Source: a virus
Taxonomy: Duplodnaviria; Caudoviricetes
DNA: 64,000 nt
Strand: one strand, 5' to 3'
IMG/VR virus record: IMGVR_UViG_3300014204_005796
Coordinates: 1 to 64,000 of that record
The stretch's first letter is position 1. Each line of letters opens with the position of its first letter. Positions 8,389 to 17,988 of the stretch are shown here, one piece after another. The notes under the pieces are model-generated. The model was not told the origin of the DNA and ran no database searches. It saw nothing but the letters and a program-made list of their open reading frames with translations. Made by a program: the position numbers and the translations under genes.

Positions 8389-10175
8389 TGTTTGTTGAAA
8401 TGGACCCTATTAAGTTTATTGAACAAAATTTCGAGCTTAATGGAAAGCATTTTACTCTTATAGATGACAATCCAGAGAATGCTCGCCATTATGTGAGGGG
8501 TTTATACTATGCTATGACCTTCCAGCTTCCGAAAGTTCAGAAGCCGATGGTTATAGTTAAGGGTCGTCAGGTTGAGATGTCCACAAACCTGAGTAATATA
8601 ATAGCATACTTTACAGAAACCTATCCATACTTTAAAACTCTGTATGTATGCCCGGCATTGGAGCAGATAAAGAGGTTTTCCGGTGAAAAAATTGCACCGC
8701 TTCTTCGTTACAAGAAGAACCCTAATATTTTAAAGGCGCTGAAAAGCTCCGGAGATATTGAAGGCACATTTACGATTAAGATGAAGCAGTTTGAGAATGG
8801 ATCTACGATTTATCTTGAAGCAGCTTCGGACGAAGGTAATAATATCCGTAATATTGCTGCTGAAGCTCTTATAAAGGATGAGTATCAGGACTTAGACGAA
8901 AACGCAGAGGGAAACATAGACTCGGTTTTGGACCACTCTAAGTACAACATAGATATTTCACTTGGAACTCCAAAGTATACTGATACGCAGTACGAGAATA
9001 AGTGGAAAAACTCCACGCAGCATTACTATCACTTACAATGTCCGATTTGTAAGCACTGGTTCATACTTAGTATCGACCTTATGGTTCGTGGATTTGTATG
9101 TGCGTGCCCTAAGTGCAAGAACCAGGAAGACAAGCGCTTACTAATGCCGCATGGAAAATGGATTTCTACGCAGCCTACGATCGGTGGTAAGGAGTCAACA
9201 TATATAGGATATCACTTGTCACAGCTGTATGTGCCATATAAGTCTATTGAAATCATACACCAGAAGATTGAGGAAAAAACTAAGTTAGGCATAGACGTTA
9301 CAAAATATACGAAGAATGAGGTTTTAGGGGAGTTTTACACGGGTATTACACAAAGACCTCCTCGTGAGGCTATAGAAAAGACTTTTGTGTCAGATATGCC
9401 TTATAATTATTTTACACCCTACACCCAAAGCGTTTATGCCGGGGTAGACTGGGGCGGCGCCAGTATTATAGATACTGACCCCACGCTTTCGTTATCCATT
9501 TTCGCTGCAGGCAGTCTTAACCACGAAGGTGTTTTAGTGGTCAGCTACGTGGAAGTTCTAGACCAGCCAACAGATACTGAAAAGGCCGAGAGAGTAGCGC
9601 AATTAATGGAAGAGAAGCGTATACGGCTATGTATAGCAGACAGTGGCTATGGTAAAACTCAGGGTCTGGTACTTGGGTCGGAGTTTCCGGGCCGCTTTTT
9701 AAAATGTAAGTATATACAGGGCTCATCTATGACTCTTTTGGACACTAAGAGTGAAAACGACCGAGGAGTCATTAAAGCTAATATTGACTATACACTTGAA
9801 GAACTTTATGGTGCTATGATGGCAGATAAACTTAAGATACCTTTGAACGAGCACACTGAGTGGATGAAAGAACATTTTCTGAATTATGATATTCAAATTC
9901 AGGAAGCAGGAAACCATACACATAAGCATTTTATAAAAAAGAAAAAGAAACGCGTTGACGCCGTACATGCATGCAACTTTTTACGCTTAGCTGCCTTGCA
10001 TGATACTAATTCGCTGGAGCATTCAAATTTAGCGAGAGTGGACGAGGGTAGCAATACGCGGTCACATGCAATGCCGATGCTTACAGGTCACACATTAGAG
10101 GAAATGCGGATGCGGGCCAAGTATAGACCCAGACAGGGACTGCAAAGATCAATACAAAGAACAACGGGAGAATAG
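8388..10175 (+). CDS. terL: Terminase large subunit (GpA-like ATPase, Zn ribbon, RNase H-fold nuclease)
   Basis: KGRQVEMST Walker A variant, LIKDEYQD Walker B, GTPK coupling motif, CPIC..CPKC, GVDWGG and D.VHA nuclease motifs. Confidence 0.92.
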   Translation: MFVEMDPIKFIEQNFELNGKHFTLIDDNPENARHYVRGLYYAMTFQLPKVQKPMVIVKGRQVEMSTNLSNIIAYFTETYPYFKTLYVCPALEQIKRFSGEKIAPLLRYKKNPNILKALKSSGDIEGTFTIKMKQFENGSTIYLEAASDEGNNIRNIAAEALIKDEYQDLDENAEGNIDSVLDHSKYNIDISLGTPKYTDTQYENKWKNSTQHYYHLQCPICKHWFILSIDLMVRGFVCACPKCKNQEDKRLLMPHGKWISTQPTIGGKESTYIGYHLSQLYVPYKSIEIIHQKIEEKTKLGIDVTKYTKNEVLGEFYTGITQRPPREAIEKTFVSDMPYNYFTPYTQSVYAGVDWGGASIIDTDPTLSLSIFAAGSLNHEGVLVVSYVEVLDQPTDTEKAERVAQLMEEKRIRLCIADSGYGKTQGLVLGSEFPGRFLKCKYIQGSSMTLLDTKSENDRGVIKANIDYTLEELYGAMMADKLKIPLNEHTEWMKEHFLNYDIQIQEAGNHTHKHFIKKKKKRVDAVHACNFLRLAALHDTNSLEHSNLARVDEGSNTRSHAMPMLTGHTLEEMRMRAKYRPRQGLQRSIQRTTGE

Positions 10176-10178
10176 AAA

Positions 10179-11843
10179 ATGTACATAAATGGTAACCAGC
10201 CACAGAATCAGTCACATTTTTATAAGAAAGTGGCCGATGACAAACTTGCTCGTGGCAGGAGTAATCCTGGTATGACGCGTCAGGCTTCTATGTTTGGTTT
10301 TGCCGGCGGAGCAGGTGGTTCAGGCCAGCCTCTGGCAACTTTAGGTGGCGGACAAGTAAGTCGTATGGCTATGAAGCCCTTCTCTCCGTTGTATCAAGAA
10401 TCAAATTTGATGCTCCCGAAAGATAGAAAGACGATGAACGCCTACAACCGTCATTATTATGAAACTGATTATTGGGTAGGCAACATTATTGACCTTCACA
10501 CGTATTATCCACTAGGTGGGTTTGACATTATTTCCAAGAACAAGCAGTTAGAAAAACTAATGATTCGCGCAGCCGATAAAGTCGACCTTTTAAATATTAT
10601 TCTTGGTATAGGTCTTGAGTACTGGGTTTACGGAGAAGCCTTTCCGTTCTTGGAGTGGGATAAGCAGACAAATATGTGGAGCAGGGCCACCATATTTAAC
10701 CCCGATCTTATGGAAGTCCGCAGAACCATATTTATGGACAAGCCTATTATTTCGCTTATTCCTGACGCCGAACTAAAGCGCATAGCTACATCAACACACC
10801 CGGCTGACGCCGTATTGCGCATGCAGATACCACAAAGCGTACTTGAGTACGTGCTTAAAGGTGAGAACATCCCGCTTTCGTCCAGAAATGTATCACATAT
10901 ACTAAAAAAGACCGTTCCACATGACTTGCGTGGAACATCTATTATACAGCGTGTATGGAAAGAGCTTATGCTTAGAGATGCTTTTCGCGAGGTTCTATTT
11001 GTTATTGCACAAAATCATATTACCCCGTTAAAGATATTTAAGATCGGAGGTAAGGACAAAGAATACTGGCCTAACCAGGACGACTTAGCCGTTTGGCAGG
11101 GCATTATCGAAGAAGCCCAGAACGACCCAAACTTTTCTATTATTACCCACGAAGCACTTGAAGTTGAGTACAAAGGGTTTAATGGACAGATTCTTGACGT
11201 CGCCGGATATTTTGACCAAATTCAGAATAATGTACTTACCGGATTGTTCGCGTCCAAGGCAGTAACGACCTCAGAGGGTCCTTCCTATAGTAATGCACAG
11301 GTAGCTTATGAAATTTTACAGAAACGTTACGTATATTTCAGAAACGTAATTGAAAGATGGCTCAATTTGAAGTTTTTTCTCCCTTTATCCATGGCACATG
11401 GTTTTAAAAAACCTAATGATGCCGGGTATGACGTTCCCCAGATTAAGTGGAGTCGTATGGACTTTAATAAAGATGACGCCTGGAGAAATAAAGTTATTGA
11501 GCTCAATAATCCAGAGCATAAGCTTCTTGCAGACCGCACAGTTGTCACCGAAATGGGTTTTGACTACGATGAACAGCAAGAACTCATTGCAGCAGAAAAA
11601 GCAGCTCGTTTGGCCGCGCAAGAAAAAGCTAAAGAAGAAAAGAAAGACGCACCTGGAGGAGCCGGAGGTATGGGTGGAATTCCTGGTCTCGGCGGTGGCG
11701 GCGGAGACCTTGGCGGTCTTGGCGGAGGCGGACTTGAAGGTCTCGGCGGAGCACCAGGAGCTGAAGGTGGAGCACCTGGAGCGCCCGGGGCACCAGGAGC
11801 TGAAGGCGGCGCACCTGCGGCGTTTTCTACACCAGAGGTTTAA
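10179..11843 (+). CDS. Portal protein with Gly/Ala/Pro-rich C-terminal tail
   Basis: Directly follows terminase; LP.D....N.Y.R.YY..D..VGNIID, EYWVYGEAFPF, RGTSII and EGPSYSNA.VA patterns of large-myovirus portals. Confidence 0.85.
   Translation: MYINGNQPQNQSHFYKKVADDKLARGRSNPGMTRQASMFGFAGGAGGSGQPLATLGGGQVSRMAMKPFSPLYQESNLMLPKDRKTMNAYNRHYYETDYWVGNIIDLHTYYPLGGFDIISKNKQLEKLMIRAADKVDLLNIILGIGLEYWVYGEAFPFLEWDKQTNMWSRATIFNPDLMEVRRTIFMDKPIISLIPDAELKRIATSTHPADAVLRMQIPQSVLEYVLKGENIPLSSRNVSHILKKTVPHDLRGTSIIQRVWKELMLRDAFREVLFVIAQNHITPLKIFKIGGKDKEYWPNQDDLAVWQGIIEEAQNDPNFSIITHEALEVEYKGFNGQILDVAGYFDQIQNNVLTGLFASKAVTTSEGPSYSNAQVAYEILQKRYVYFRNVIERWLNLKFFLPLSMAHGFKKPNDAGYDVPQIKWSRMDFNKDDAWRNKVIELNNPEHKLLADRTVVTEMGFDYDEQQELIAAEKAARLAAQEKAKEEKKDAPGGAGGMGGIPGLGGGGGDLGGLGGGGLEGLGGAPGAEGGAPGAPGAPGAEGGAPAAFSTPEV
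11650..11820 (+). repeat. Low-complexity Gly-rich coding repeat (GLGGGG, GAPGAEGGAP x2)
   Basis: Duplicated gcaccaggagctgaagg and repeated ggtct(c/t)ggcgg units. Confidence 0.8.
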
Positions 11844-11872
11844 TTTAACATGACCAATAGGAGGTCAAAAAA

Positions 11873-12334
11873 ATGTCAATAATTAATCATCGTTTTCACG
11901 TAACATTCACAGAAGACACCGACGCCTATCCATCAGTGGATAGGGAAATTAATTTTACGGATAGTAGCTCAAGTAATGATGACAAGGACCGCGTATTTAT
12001 TCCACCAGGGTCAAATGCAGTTTGGACCGCCGACACGGCAACTAAGATATTTGATGTCAGCGCCGTTATTGCTACAGTAGCGCCCTATGGCCGCCGCGCC
12101 CGCTACATGCTTATTGAAGTAAGTTCTCCAGTTTATCTTTGGTTCGAAAATGAACCTACAGGAGATCCAATAACTACAACGCCCATACGTGTGGAACGCA
12201 TGATGATGATTGAAGGTCCTACAACGGGAAGCGTTCAGAAGATTTGGGCTGTTAATCCAAGCAGAACAGACGACGCTACTCCAATTACGGCGGAAATTAA
12301 GCTTTGGTACAGCCTCGTTAACTTACTCGCATAA
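11873..12334 (+). CDS. Putative virion protein
   Basis: AGGAGGT RBS; beta-rich; follows portal. Confidence 0.65.
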   Translation: MSIINHRFHVTFTEDTDAYPSVDREINFTDSSSSNDDKDRVFIPPGSNAVWTADTATKIFDVSAVIATVAPYGRRARYMLIEVSSPVYLWFENEPTGDPITTTPIRVERMMMIEGPTTGSVQKIWAVNPSRTDDATPITAEIKLWYSLVNLLA

Positions 12335-12343
12335 GGAGACGGC

Positions 12344-12583
12344 ATGAAACCTAAGGTAGTTAAGAGTATTTTAAAAAAAATAGCTAAACCTGTACCTACA
12401 GGTCAGTCTGTAGATAATAGTACTATAGATTCCGCCTTATTGCTTGGGCATACTATGTATAATAGTCCGGATTTTAAGCAGTTTGTGTTTTCCAAAACGC
12501 ATCGAACTCCAGACCAGCTGGATTCTACTATACAAACGAAACTCTTTAGTGAGTTTCTGCAAGGTTTGAATAGCCCGTTATAA
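12344..12583 (+). CDS. Small protein with basic leader ending ILKKIA (candidate internal head protein)
   Basis: AAGGAG RBS; leader resembles the family at 20874-26572. Confidence 0.6.
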   Translation: MKPKVVKSILKKIAKPVPTGQSVDNSTIDSALLLGHTMYNSPDFKQFVFSKTHRTPDQLDSTIQTKLFSEFLQGLNSPL

Positions 12584-12590
12584 AGTCGAC

Positions 12591-12605
12591 GTTTTGTCGT
12601 ATAAT
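12591..12605 (+). promoter_or_regulatory. -10 element in front of the phosphoesterase gene
   Basis: TTTTGTCG-TATAAT, matching TTTTGTCG-TATACT of the minus-strand promoter at 58632-58660; no good -35. Confidence 0.45.
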
Positions 12606-12645
12606 ATACATGAAGGGCAGCAACCTTTAAATTAAAGGAGAACAG

Positions 12646-13737
12646 ATGGCGAAACACACGGAATTGCGTGAAATTGAAGTACGGGCAATTAAGGCGTTAA
12701 GTGACAGGGGCAACGACCCCAAAGTGATCGCAGAAGTACTACACCTGAAGAAAAAAGACATTATTTACGTTTTATCACACCTGAAGAAGTTCCAGCATGT
12801 TTTGTCTCCATTAACATATGAACAGAAGGAGCTCAAGGAAAACATTGAGGACTTCGAGCGTATCTTGGTGGATAAAAAAAGCTCGGCTATCCAGGGAGAA
12901 AAGCTGTTTCGTCAGGTTTCGGAAATGTCAGAAGACTATATACACAATTTTCGAGCAGACGCCGTATGTAAATTCAAGTGGGAGCCTAAATATGTGGCTA
13001 TTGCTGCTATGTCAGATTTCCACATAGGCCACGAAGGTTTAGACTATGGTAAGCTTGAAGCTGATATACAGACAATATCGGATACTCCGAATATGTACAT
13101 GACGTTTCTTGGAGATGCCATAGACAACTTTATTAATGAGAAGCATCTCGGGGCAATTATTAACGCTATCACGAGTCCAAAACAGCAGCTTTACATGTTA
13201 CAATACATTTTTAGAGTGCTAAAAAAACCTAAGTCTAAGATTCTTTTCGCTACCAAAGATAACCATGTATCTCAGCGACTAAAAAAAGCAACTGGAATCG
13301 ACTGGTCAAACAAGATGTGGTCTGACCTAGGTGTATTTTACGGGGGAGAAGAAGTTCGTTGTGAACTAACCCTGGGAAAAGCTCACTATAATATTTTAGG
13401 ACGCCATAGCTATCGTGGACAGTCCAATGTACATCTAACTTCAGGGTGTAAAAAACTTCTTAGAGAAGGTCAGTACGAAGATATAGACGTTGTTATGCTG
13501 GCGCATAAACATGAAGGGGCAACCGAGCTCTTCCACTATCGAGGTATACCCAGAGTAGCTATTCAGACGTCCACGTATAAAATTTTGGACCCTTACGCAG
13601 CACACTTAGGGTATCATTCACCAAATGTGTTTATGCCGGCGGTAATACTAGCCCCAGACAAAAAAGACTATGTTTTATGCCCGAACATCTCAATTGCGGC
13701 AGACATGCTAAAAGTACTGAATAAAACGCTTAAATAA
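12646..13737 (+). CDS. Calcineurin-like metallophosphoesterase with N-terminal HTH-like/coiled region
   Basis: SDFHIGH, LGDAIDN, DNH, GRH and AHKH metal-binding motifs; IAEVLHLKK HTH-like N-terminus. Confidence 0.85.
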   Translation: MAKHTELREIEVRAIKALSDRGNDPKVIAEVLHLKKKDIIYVLSHLKKFQHVLSPLTYEQKELKENIEDFERILVDKKSSAIQGEKLFRQVSEMSEDYIHNFRADAVCKFKWEPKYVAIAAMSDFHIGHEGLDYGKLEADIQTISDTPNMYMTFLGDAIDNFINEKHLGAIINAITSPKQQLYMLQYIFRVLKKPKSKILFATKDNHVSQRLKKATGIDWSNKMWSDLGVFYGGEEVRCELTLGKAHYNILGRHSYRGQSNVHLTSGCKKLLREGQYEDIDVVMLAHKHEGATELFHYRGIPRVAIQTSTYKILDPYAAHLGYHSPNVFMPAVILAPDKKDYVLCPNISIAADMLKVLNKTLK

Positions 13738-13779
13738 ACCAGTTTTGCGCGAAGTAGCCTTCGCACATTTGCACCTCCG

Positions 13780-13811
13780 CCCCAGGGTGAGCGAGACACC
13801 CTGGGGTTTTT
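13780..13811 (+). terminator. Rho-independent terminator
   Basis: CCCCAGGGTG-agcgaga-CACCCTGGGG-TTTTT; preceded by small hairpin GCGAAG-tagc-CTTCGC. Confidence 0.85.
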
Positions 13812-13943
13812 CTTTATATATGCACGTAAAATCACAGGCTCCTCCAAATATATTTTTTTAATAATTTTATCCTTATTTATATACCATATTATTGTGCCAT
13901 TTTGGCATACCCCACTACATAGCCCTTCCCATATAGTTAGTAG

Positions 13944-14294
13944 ATGAACTATACAATTAATTCACTAAAAGTTACTGCAGAAGTTCTTGATGAAATGCCA
14001 ACAAGCCCTAACCAACAGGGTTTGGGTTTTGGTGTTTATCTTGATGGGCAGAACCCCAATGATGGAGAGTCTCTTAATGCTATAGAGAAGAGCATCCCGG
14101 TCGCCTCAAAAGATAGATGCCTGAACAAATACATAAATAAACCAAATAAAACACACATGATTGCATTTGAAGACCTTTTGGCAGCCGGCGAACCTCTTGA
14201 AAAGATGATTCGTATGCTAAAAGACCAAAATGTTGAGGGGATAAAAACTGAGATGGCTGACCAGTTTAAAAAATTTCCCCGCGTTAATAATTAA
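13944..14294 (+). CDS. Hypothetical head-module protein (leader MNYTINSLKVTA)
   Basis: First ORF after the terminator; no clear RBS. Confidence 0.6.
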   Translation: MNYTINSLKVTAEVLDEMPTSPNQQGLGFGVYLDGQNPNDGESLNAIEKSIPVASKDRCLNKYINKPNKTHMIAFEDLLAAGEPLEKMIRMLKDQNVEGIKTEMADQFKKFPRVNN

Positions 14295-14304
14295 AGGAGC
14301 ACAC

Positions 14305-14478
14305 ATGGCATTTTCAAAAGTAGGCGACTCACAGGTACTAAGAATTATGAGCGTTGAGGATGGAAAAACCGCTGTAATCAAGCAAGCGGCTGTGTGCTCT
14401 AAGTGTAAAAACGCTGCATGTACTTGCGGTGTTAAGGTAAAAATGGCGGAAGGCAACCCTAATGAAAACAGAAAATAA
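14305..14478 (+). CDS. 57-aa Cys-cluster protein, absent from ORF track
   Basis: AAGGAG RBS; MAFSKVGDSQVLRIMSVEDGKTAVIKQAAVCSKCKNAACTCGVKVKMAEGNPNENRK. Confidence 0.65.
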   Translation: MAFSKVGDSQVLRIMSVEDGKTAVIKQAAVCSKCKNAACTCGVKVKMAEGNPNENRK

Positions 14479-16969
14479 ACTGGATATACTATTATCACGT
14501 TTTGAAGACAGGACCGTGAGCAATCCCGGTGCAGCAGAAGACATGATACGTAACAGTAATTTAAATGAACGCGCAATGTTTGAGTCGGCACTAATAGAGA
14601 CCCTAGAAAAGAAAGCTATGTCATATGATGAAGCCGTGGCCCGCGTTCAGGCCTCGGACTTCCCGCAGGGAGAGAAAGGAATCATCCTTGCACGTATCAG
14701 TTCTTTTGAATCACAAGTCAGCTTAAAAACTGCACAAAATAAATCAGCGGAGGTTGTTCAAATGTTAGATCCTGTAACAAAAGAAATCGAAGCACTCAAA
14801 AAGATTCTTCCGGCGTACGGAGCCTGGATGGAAGGCGTAGTTAAAAAGTCAAGCCTTACTCCAAGTGACCGCGCTCCAGTAGATTCGCAGGCCGTAGGCG
14901 TGAAAGCCGAGGACGAAAAAACAATCCAAGAAGGAATCAAAGCAGGGGAGGCTCAAATGATTAGAACCAACAAACAGACCGATCCCGAGAAGCGTACTGT
15001 CCCGGCTGCATCACAGGCAACTGTGAAAACAGCTGAAGGCACTGCGTCGCACGTATCGGACCACAAGGACTTAAGAGAAAGTGCACCACTTAAGAATCAT
15101 GGTGAATTTGACAATGGTGTACTGCAAAAGGAACTCGCAAAAGGCAAAGAAGGTGAGTCCGAGATGGAAAAGCAGCGTACCAAAGACGAAAAGATGAAAA
15201 AAGAGTACTTGAGGGCAGCTGACAGGGTTGCGGTTAAGTTCTCCGCAGTGTCAAACGCGTGGGTTATTGCAGATAAGTCAACAGGTAATCCACTTGTCAT
15301 TGCCTCTATAGATGACATAACCGGAAAGAATCCAATTGAAGGCGAAGCACTTAGAGAACTCAAGAGCGACAAGTTTGGCGATATCATAATGAAAGATATC
15401 AAAGAGAACGGTCTTGAAGTTGCTGCAAGGAACCTTCTTGGTGAAACCTTTGATAAACTTGCTGCGGAACACGAAGCTACTGTTAAGCAGGCAGACGCAA
15501 ACAAAGCAGTGCTCGCGGACAAAGTTTGGACATTAAAAGGTATCTACGTTTCACTTAAGGATAACCTTAGCAAAATTGCATCTCTCGCGCCTATACAGCA
15601 GCTATTTAAAAGGGCTGAAGACGGCATAGCGATGCTTGAGTCAGGGCCGGCAGAACCGGAACAGGCACTCGGTGACGTTGCTGGTACGCTTAGCGATATT
15701 AATGATATTGGAATGGGTATGGCTGGTGAAGCAGAAGACCCTAAGGTTAACGAACTTGGCCAGACTCTTGCAGGCGCACTTGGGATTGACCCGGTGAAGG
15801 CCACGGAAGTTGCAGAAGCCATAGTAAAGGCTGTTGGTGGAGACTCTGCAGGTACAGCACCGCTTCTTGATGCAGCACCCGCGGAAGACGCGGCTCCTGC
15901 TGAAGACGCAGCCCCGGCAATAGATGCGGCTCCTGCATCAGATGATGCACCTGCACCGAAGAAAGCTTCTGAGAATCCTTTCGCGAAGAAAGACGACAAG
16001 AAAGATGACAAAGAAGACGACAAGAAAGATGACAAAGAAGACGACAAAGATGAAAAGAAAGATAAGAAGAGCTCACACATAGCTGACGCACTTAGGAAGT
16101 TCGCGAAAGACAACAAAAAGATCGAAGGCGACTACGACGTGACCAGCGGAGCAAATCTGGACCAGATGGGCGAACACGGAAAAGGCAATATCACGGTAGA
16201 GGGTAAGAAGTTTATGACCTGGTATACCTTACAGAAAGAGTTCGCGGCCTTGGTTAACAAAAAAGCAACCGGTAAACAAGCGTCTATTGCGAAGGACTTT
16301 ATTAATGAGACAATCAAGCTCGCAAAAGATGCCGGCGTAACCGGAATTGAAGAGTACTACAAGCTGGCTTATGGTCCTGAGTACGGTAAGCAGCTTACGA
16401 AGGATTACACACAGGAAGGCGTAAAGTCAGAAGCAGAAAAACTTGACGCCGAACTGATGAAAGGCAACAATGCATACGCAGCCGGCGCAACTAAAATGAA
16501 AAAGGCGCTTAAGGCGACCGAAATGATGACCAAAAAAGGACTTCTTGGTACGTCCGAGGCCGAAAAAGAAGCTCAATTAGGCAGCTTCATGGCTATGGAC
16601 GATAAAACACTCGACGCGTTCGTGGATTCGACCGAAAGACTTGCCATGACAACTGAACTTGAGGACGGAAGATACAAAGTAGCGGTAATGGCTACACCGG
16701 ACAAAGATGGAAATATAGTTCAGGGCTTCGTGGATGGTAAACTTGTCGCCGCTATGACGGGCAATGACGTAAGGTCACCAAACGGCAGGGTAACTAAAGC
16801 CAATTTGATCCAGGCAATGACGCTCTTGAAAACTGCAATGTCAGAAGGTCTGCTTGAAGAGACTCTTTCAGACGGCGTAGTTCAGAATACACCCGGCGCA
16901 GACCTTGGCGGCCTGAATCTTGGCCAGTCAAAGGTAAAGCCGGTATTAACACCGGAAGATTTAGCATAA
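14462..16969 (+). CDS. Prohead scaffold/core-like protein
   Basis: Upstream of decoration and capsid genes; charged, helical, low-complexity DAAPAE and DDKK tracts; many K/R-x-A sites. Confidence 0.65.
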   Translation: MKTENKLDILLSRFEDRTVSNPGAAEDMIRNSNLNERAMFESALIETLEKKAMSYDEAVARVQASDFPQGEKGIILARISSFESQVSLKTAQNKSAEVVQMLDPVTKEIEALKKILPAYGAWMEGVVKKSSLTPSDRAPVDSQAVGVKAEDEKTIQEGIKAGEAQMIRTNKQTDPEKRTVPAASQATVKTAEGTASHVSDHKDLRESAPLKNHGEFDNGVLQKELAKGKEGESEMEKQRTKDEKMKKEYLRAADRVAVKFSAVSNAWVIADKSTGNPLVIASIDDITGKNPIEGEALRELKSDKFGDIIMKDIKENGLEVAARNLLGETFDKLAAEHEATVKQADANKAVLADKVWTLKGIYVSLKDNLSKIASLAPIQQLFKRAEDGIAMLESGPAEPEQALGDVAGTLSDINDIGMGMAGEAEDPKVNELGQTLAGALGIDPVKATEVAEAIVKAVGGDSAGTAPLLDAAPAEDAAPAEDAAPAIDAAPASDDAPAPKKASENPFAKKDDKKDDKEDDKKDDKEDDKDEKKDKKSSHIADALRKFAKDNKKIEGDYDVTSGANLDQMGEHGKGNITVEGKKFMTWYTLQKEFAALVNKKATGKQASIAKDFINETIKLAKDAGVTGIEEYYKLAYGPEYGKQLTKDYTQEGVKSEAEKLDAELMKGNNAYAAGATKMKKALKATEMMTKKGLLGTSEAEKEAQLGSFMAMDDKTLDAFVDSTERLAMTTELEDGRYKVAVMATPDKDGNIVQGFVDGKLVAAMTGNDVRSPNGRVTKANLIQAMTLLKTAMSEGLLEETLSDGVVQNTPGADLGGLNLGQSKVKPVLTPEDLA
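15869..16068 (+). repeat. Coding repeats (DAAPAE)x4-5 and (DDKKDDKE)x2-3
   Basis: Degenerate 18-bp units plus a duplicated 24-bp aagacgacaagaaagatgacaaag. Confidence 0.8.
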
Positions 16970-16981
16970 GATAAGTAATAC

Positions 16982-17097
16982 TGGTTCCAATTCTGAAGCA
17001 ATTTGCCAAACTGGTAGTGGGTTCTGGGAACTCACTACCGGAAGTAGCAAAGCGTGTGTAGGAACAAGGAACTAAAGCCCGAATTCATATAAGGCTT
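16982..17097 (+). promoter_or_regulatory. Long intergenic RNA hairpin upstream of the decoration/capsid genes
   Basis: 14-bp stem CTGGTAGTGGGTTC/GAACTCACTACCGG (with G-U pairs) extended by TTTGC/GCAAA and TGGTTCC/GGAACTA. Confidence 0.6.
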
Positions 17098-17119
17098 AAT
17101 ATTTATGGAGGTATCAAGA

Positions 17120-17968
17120 ATGGGATATTTCAGACCCGTGCAGGCTGTAAGCAAGCCACACAGCTTTGAAATGGCCGCAGGCGTGACATTTGAACGCGGT
17201 GCTTTCCTTTGGCTGGATTCAGCAGGAAAGGCTACACCGACGTACGCAAATGGACTCATGCCTCTAGGTATTGCAGATGACGACAAAGCCACAACCAACA
17301 CAGAGCACATCATCGGTCAGATTCTGACCGGTTCTGCAGCTGTTGTTGCGACATCAGGCGTGTCAATCATCGCAACCGGCAAGACCATACCTACTGCTTA
17401 CCAGCTCACTTCACAGAATGCCACCGGCTTAGCCGGCTGGAAACTTGAAGTACTTGCAGCAGGCGTATGGACGACAGCGTGGGATAATGGCGCTGTAGTA
17501 ACAAATTCAGTATTTGGTGGAACAGGATTCACAGGACTTACCGTTGACCTTTCAGCGACCGGAGACATCACGTTAACGATCACTGGAACAGGTATGACGG
17601 CGGGCACGTATTCGCTCCGTTTAACGGCGGACTATGCGGCTTCAAAAGTGGCATCTGGACAGACGCTTGTGAGCGACATGTTCTCAAATGACTCAACAGC
17701 TGCTTCTTCACTGGTAACAGTGTGGTTCATGGATGGAATCTATGAATCAGATCAGTACGATCCTTACGTTGCTTACACTGTAGGCAGCACGCTGTATGCG
17801 AAAACAGCGGGTATTCTTACTTCTTCTTCATCCTCAGCATCGACGGTCGGCGTCGTTGTTAAGGCACCTGCAGCGAACTATACTGCGGAAACAAAAACTG
17901 TATCGGGCCATTCTCAGCCTAAACCTGAAGTTGTAAGGTTTATCATGAGACTTGGCTTGAGCATGTAA
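17120..17968 (+). CDS. Head decoration/cement protein with inserted domain
   Basis: GGAGGT RBS supports ATG 17120; PLGIADDDK...DSTAAS..VTVWF..GIYESDQYD....Y.VG..LY pattern; immediately upstream of MCP. Confidence 0.7.
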   Translation: MGYFRPVQAVSKPHSFEMAAGVTFERGAFLWLDSAGKATPTYANGLMPLGIADDDKATTNTEHIIGQILTGSAAVVATSGVSIIATGKTIPTAYQLTSQNATGLAGWKLEVLAAGVWTTAWDNGAVVTNSVFGGTGFTGLTVDLSATGDITLTITGTGMTAGTYSLRLTADYAASKVASGQTLVSDMFSNDSTAASSLVTVWFMDGIYESDQYDPYVAYTVGSTLYAKTAGILTSSSSSASTVGVVVKAPAANYTAETKTVSGHSQPKPEVVRFIMRLGLSM

Positions 17969-17988
17969 TTTAGCGGAGGCATAAAATT

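Noticed and set aside
11398-11853. Alternative-frame ORF over the portal C-terminus
   Set aside because: Explained by the GC-rich low-complexity tail lacking stops; no RBS or slippery site seen.
1221-16068. Short tandem repeats as CRISPR or DGR elements
   Set aside because: All are in-frame coding repeats of linkers; no cas or reverse transcriptase gene is present.
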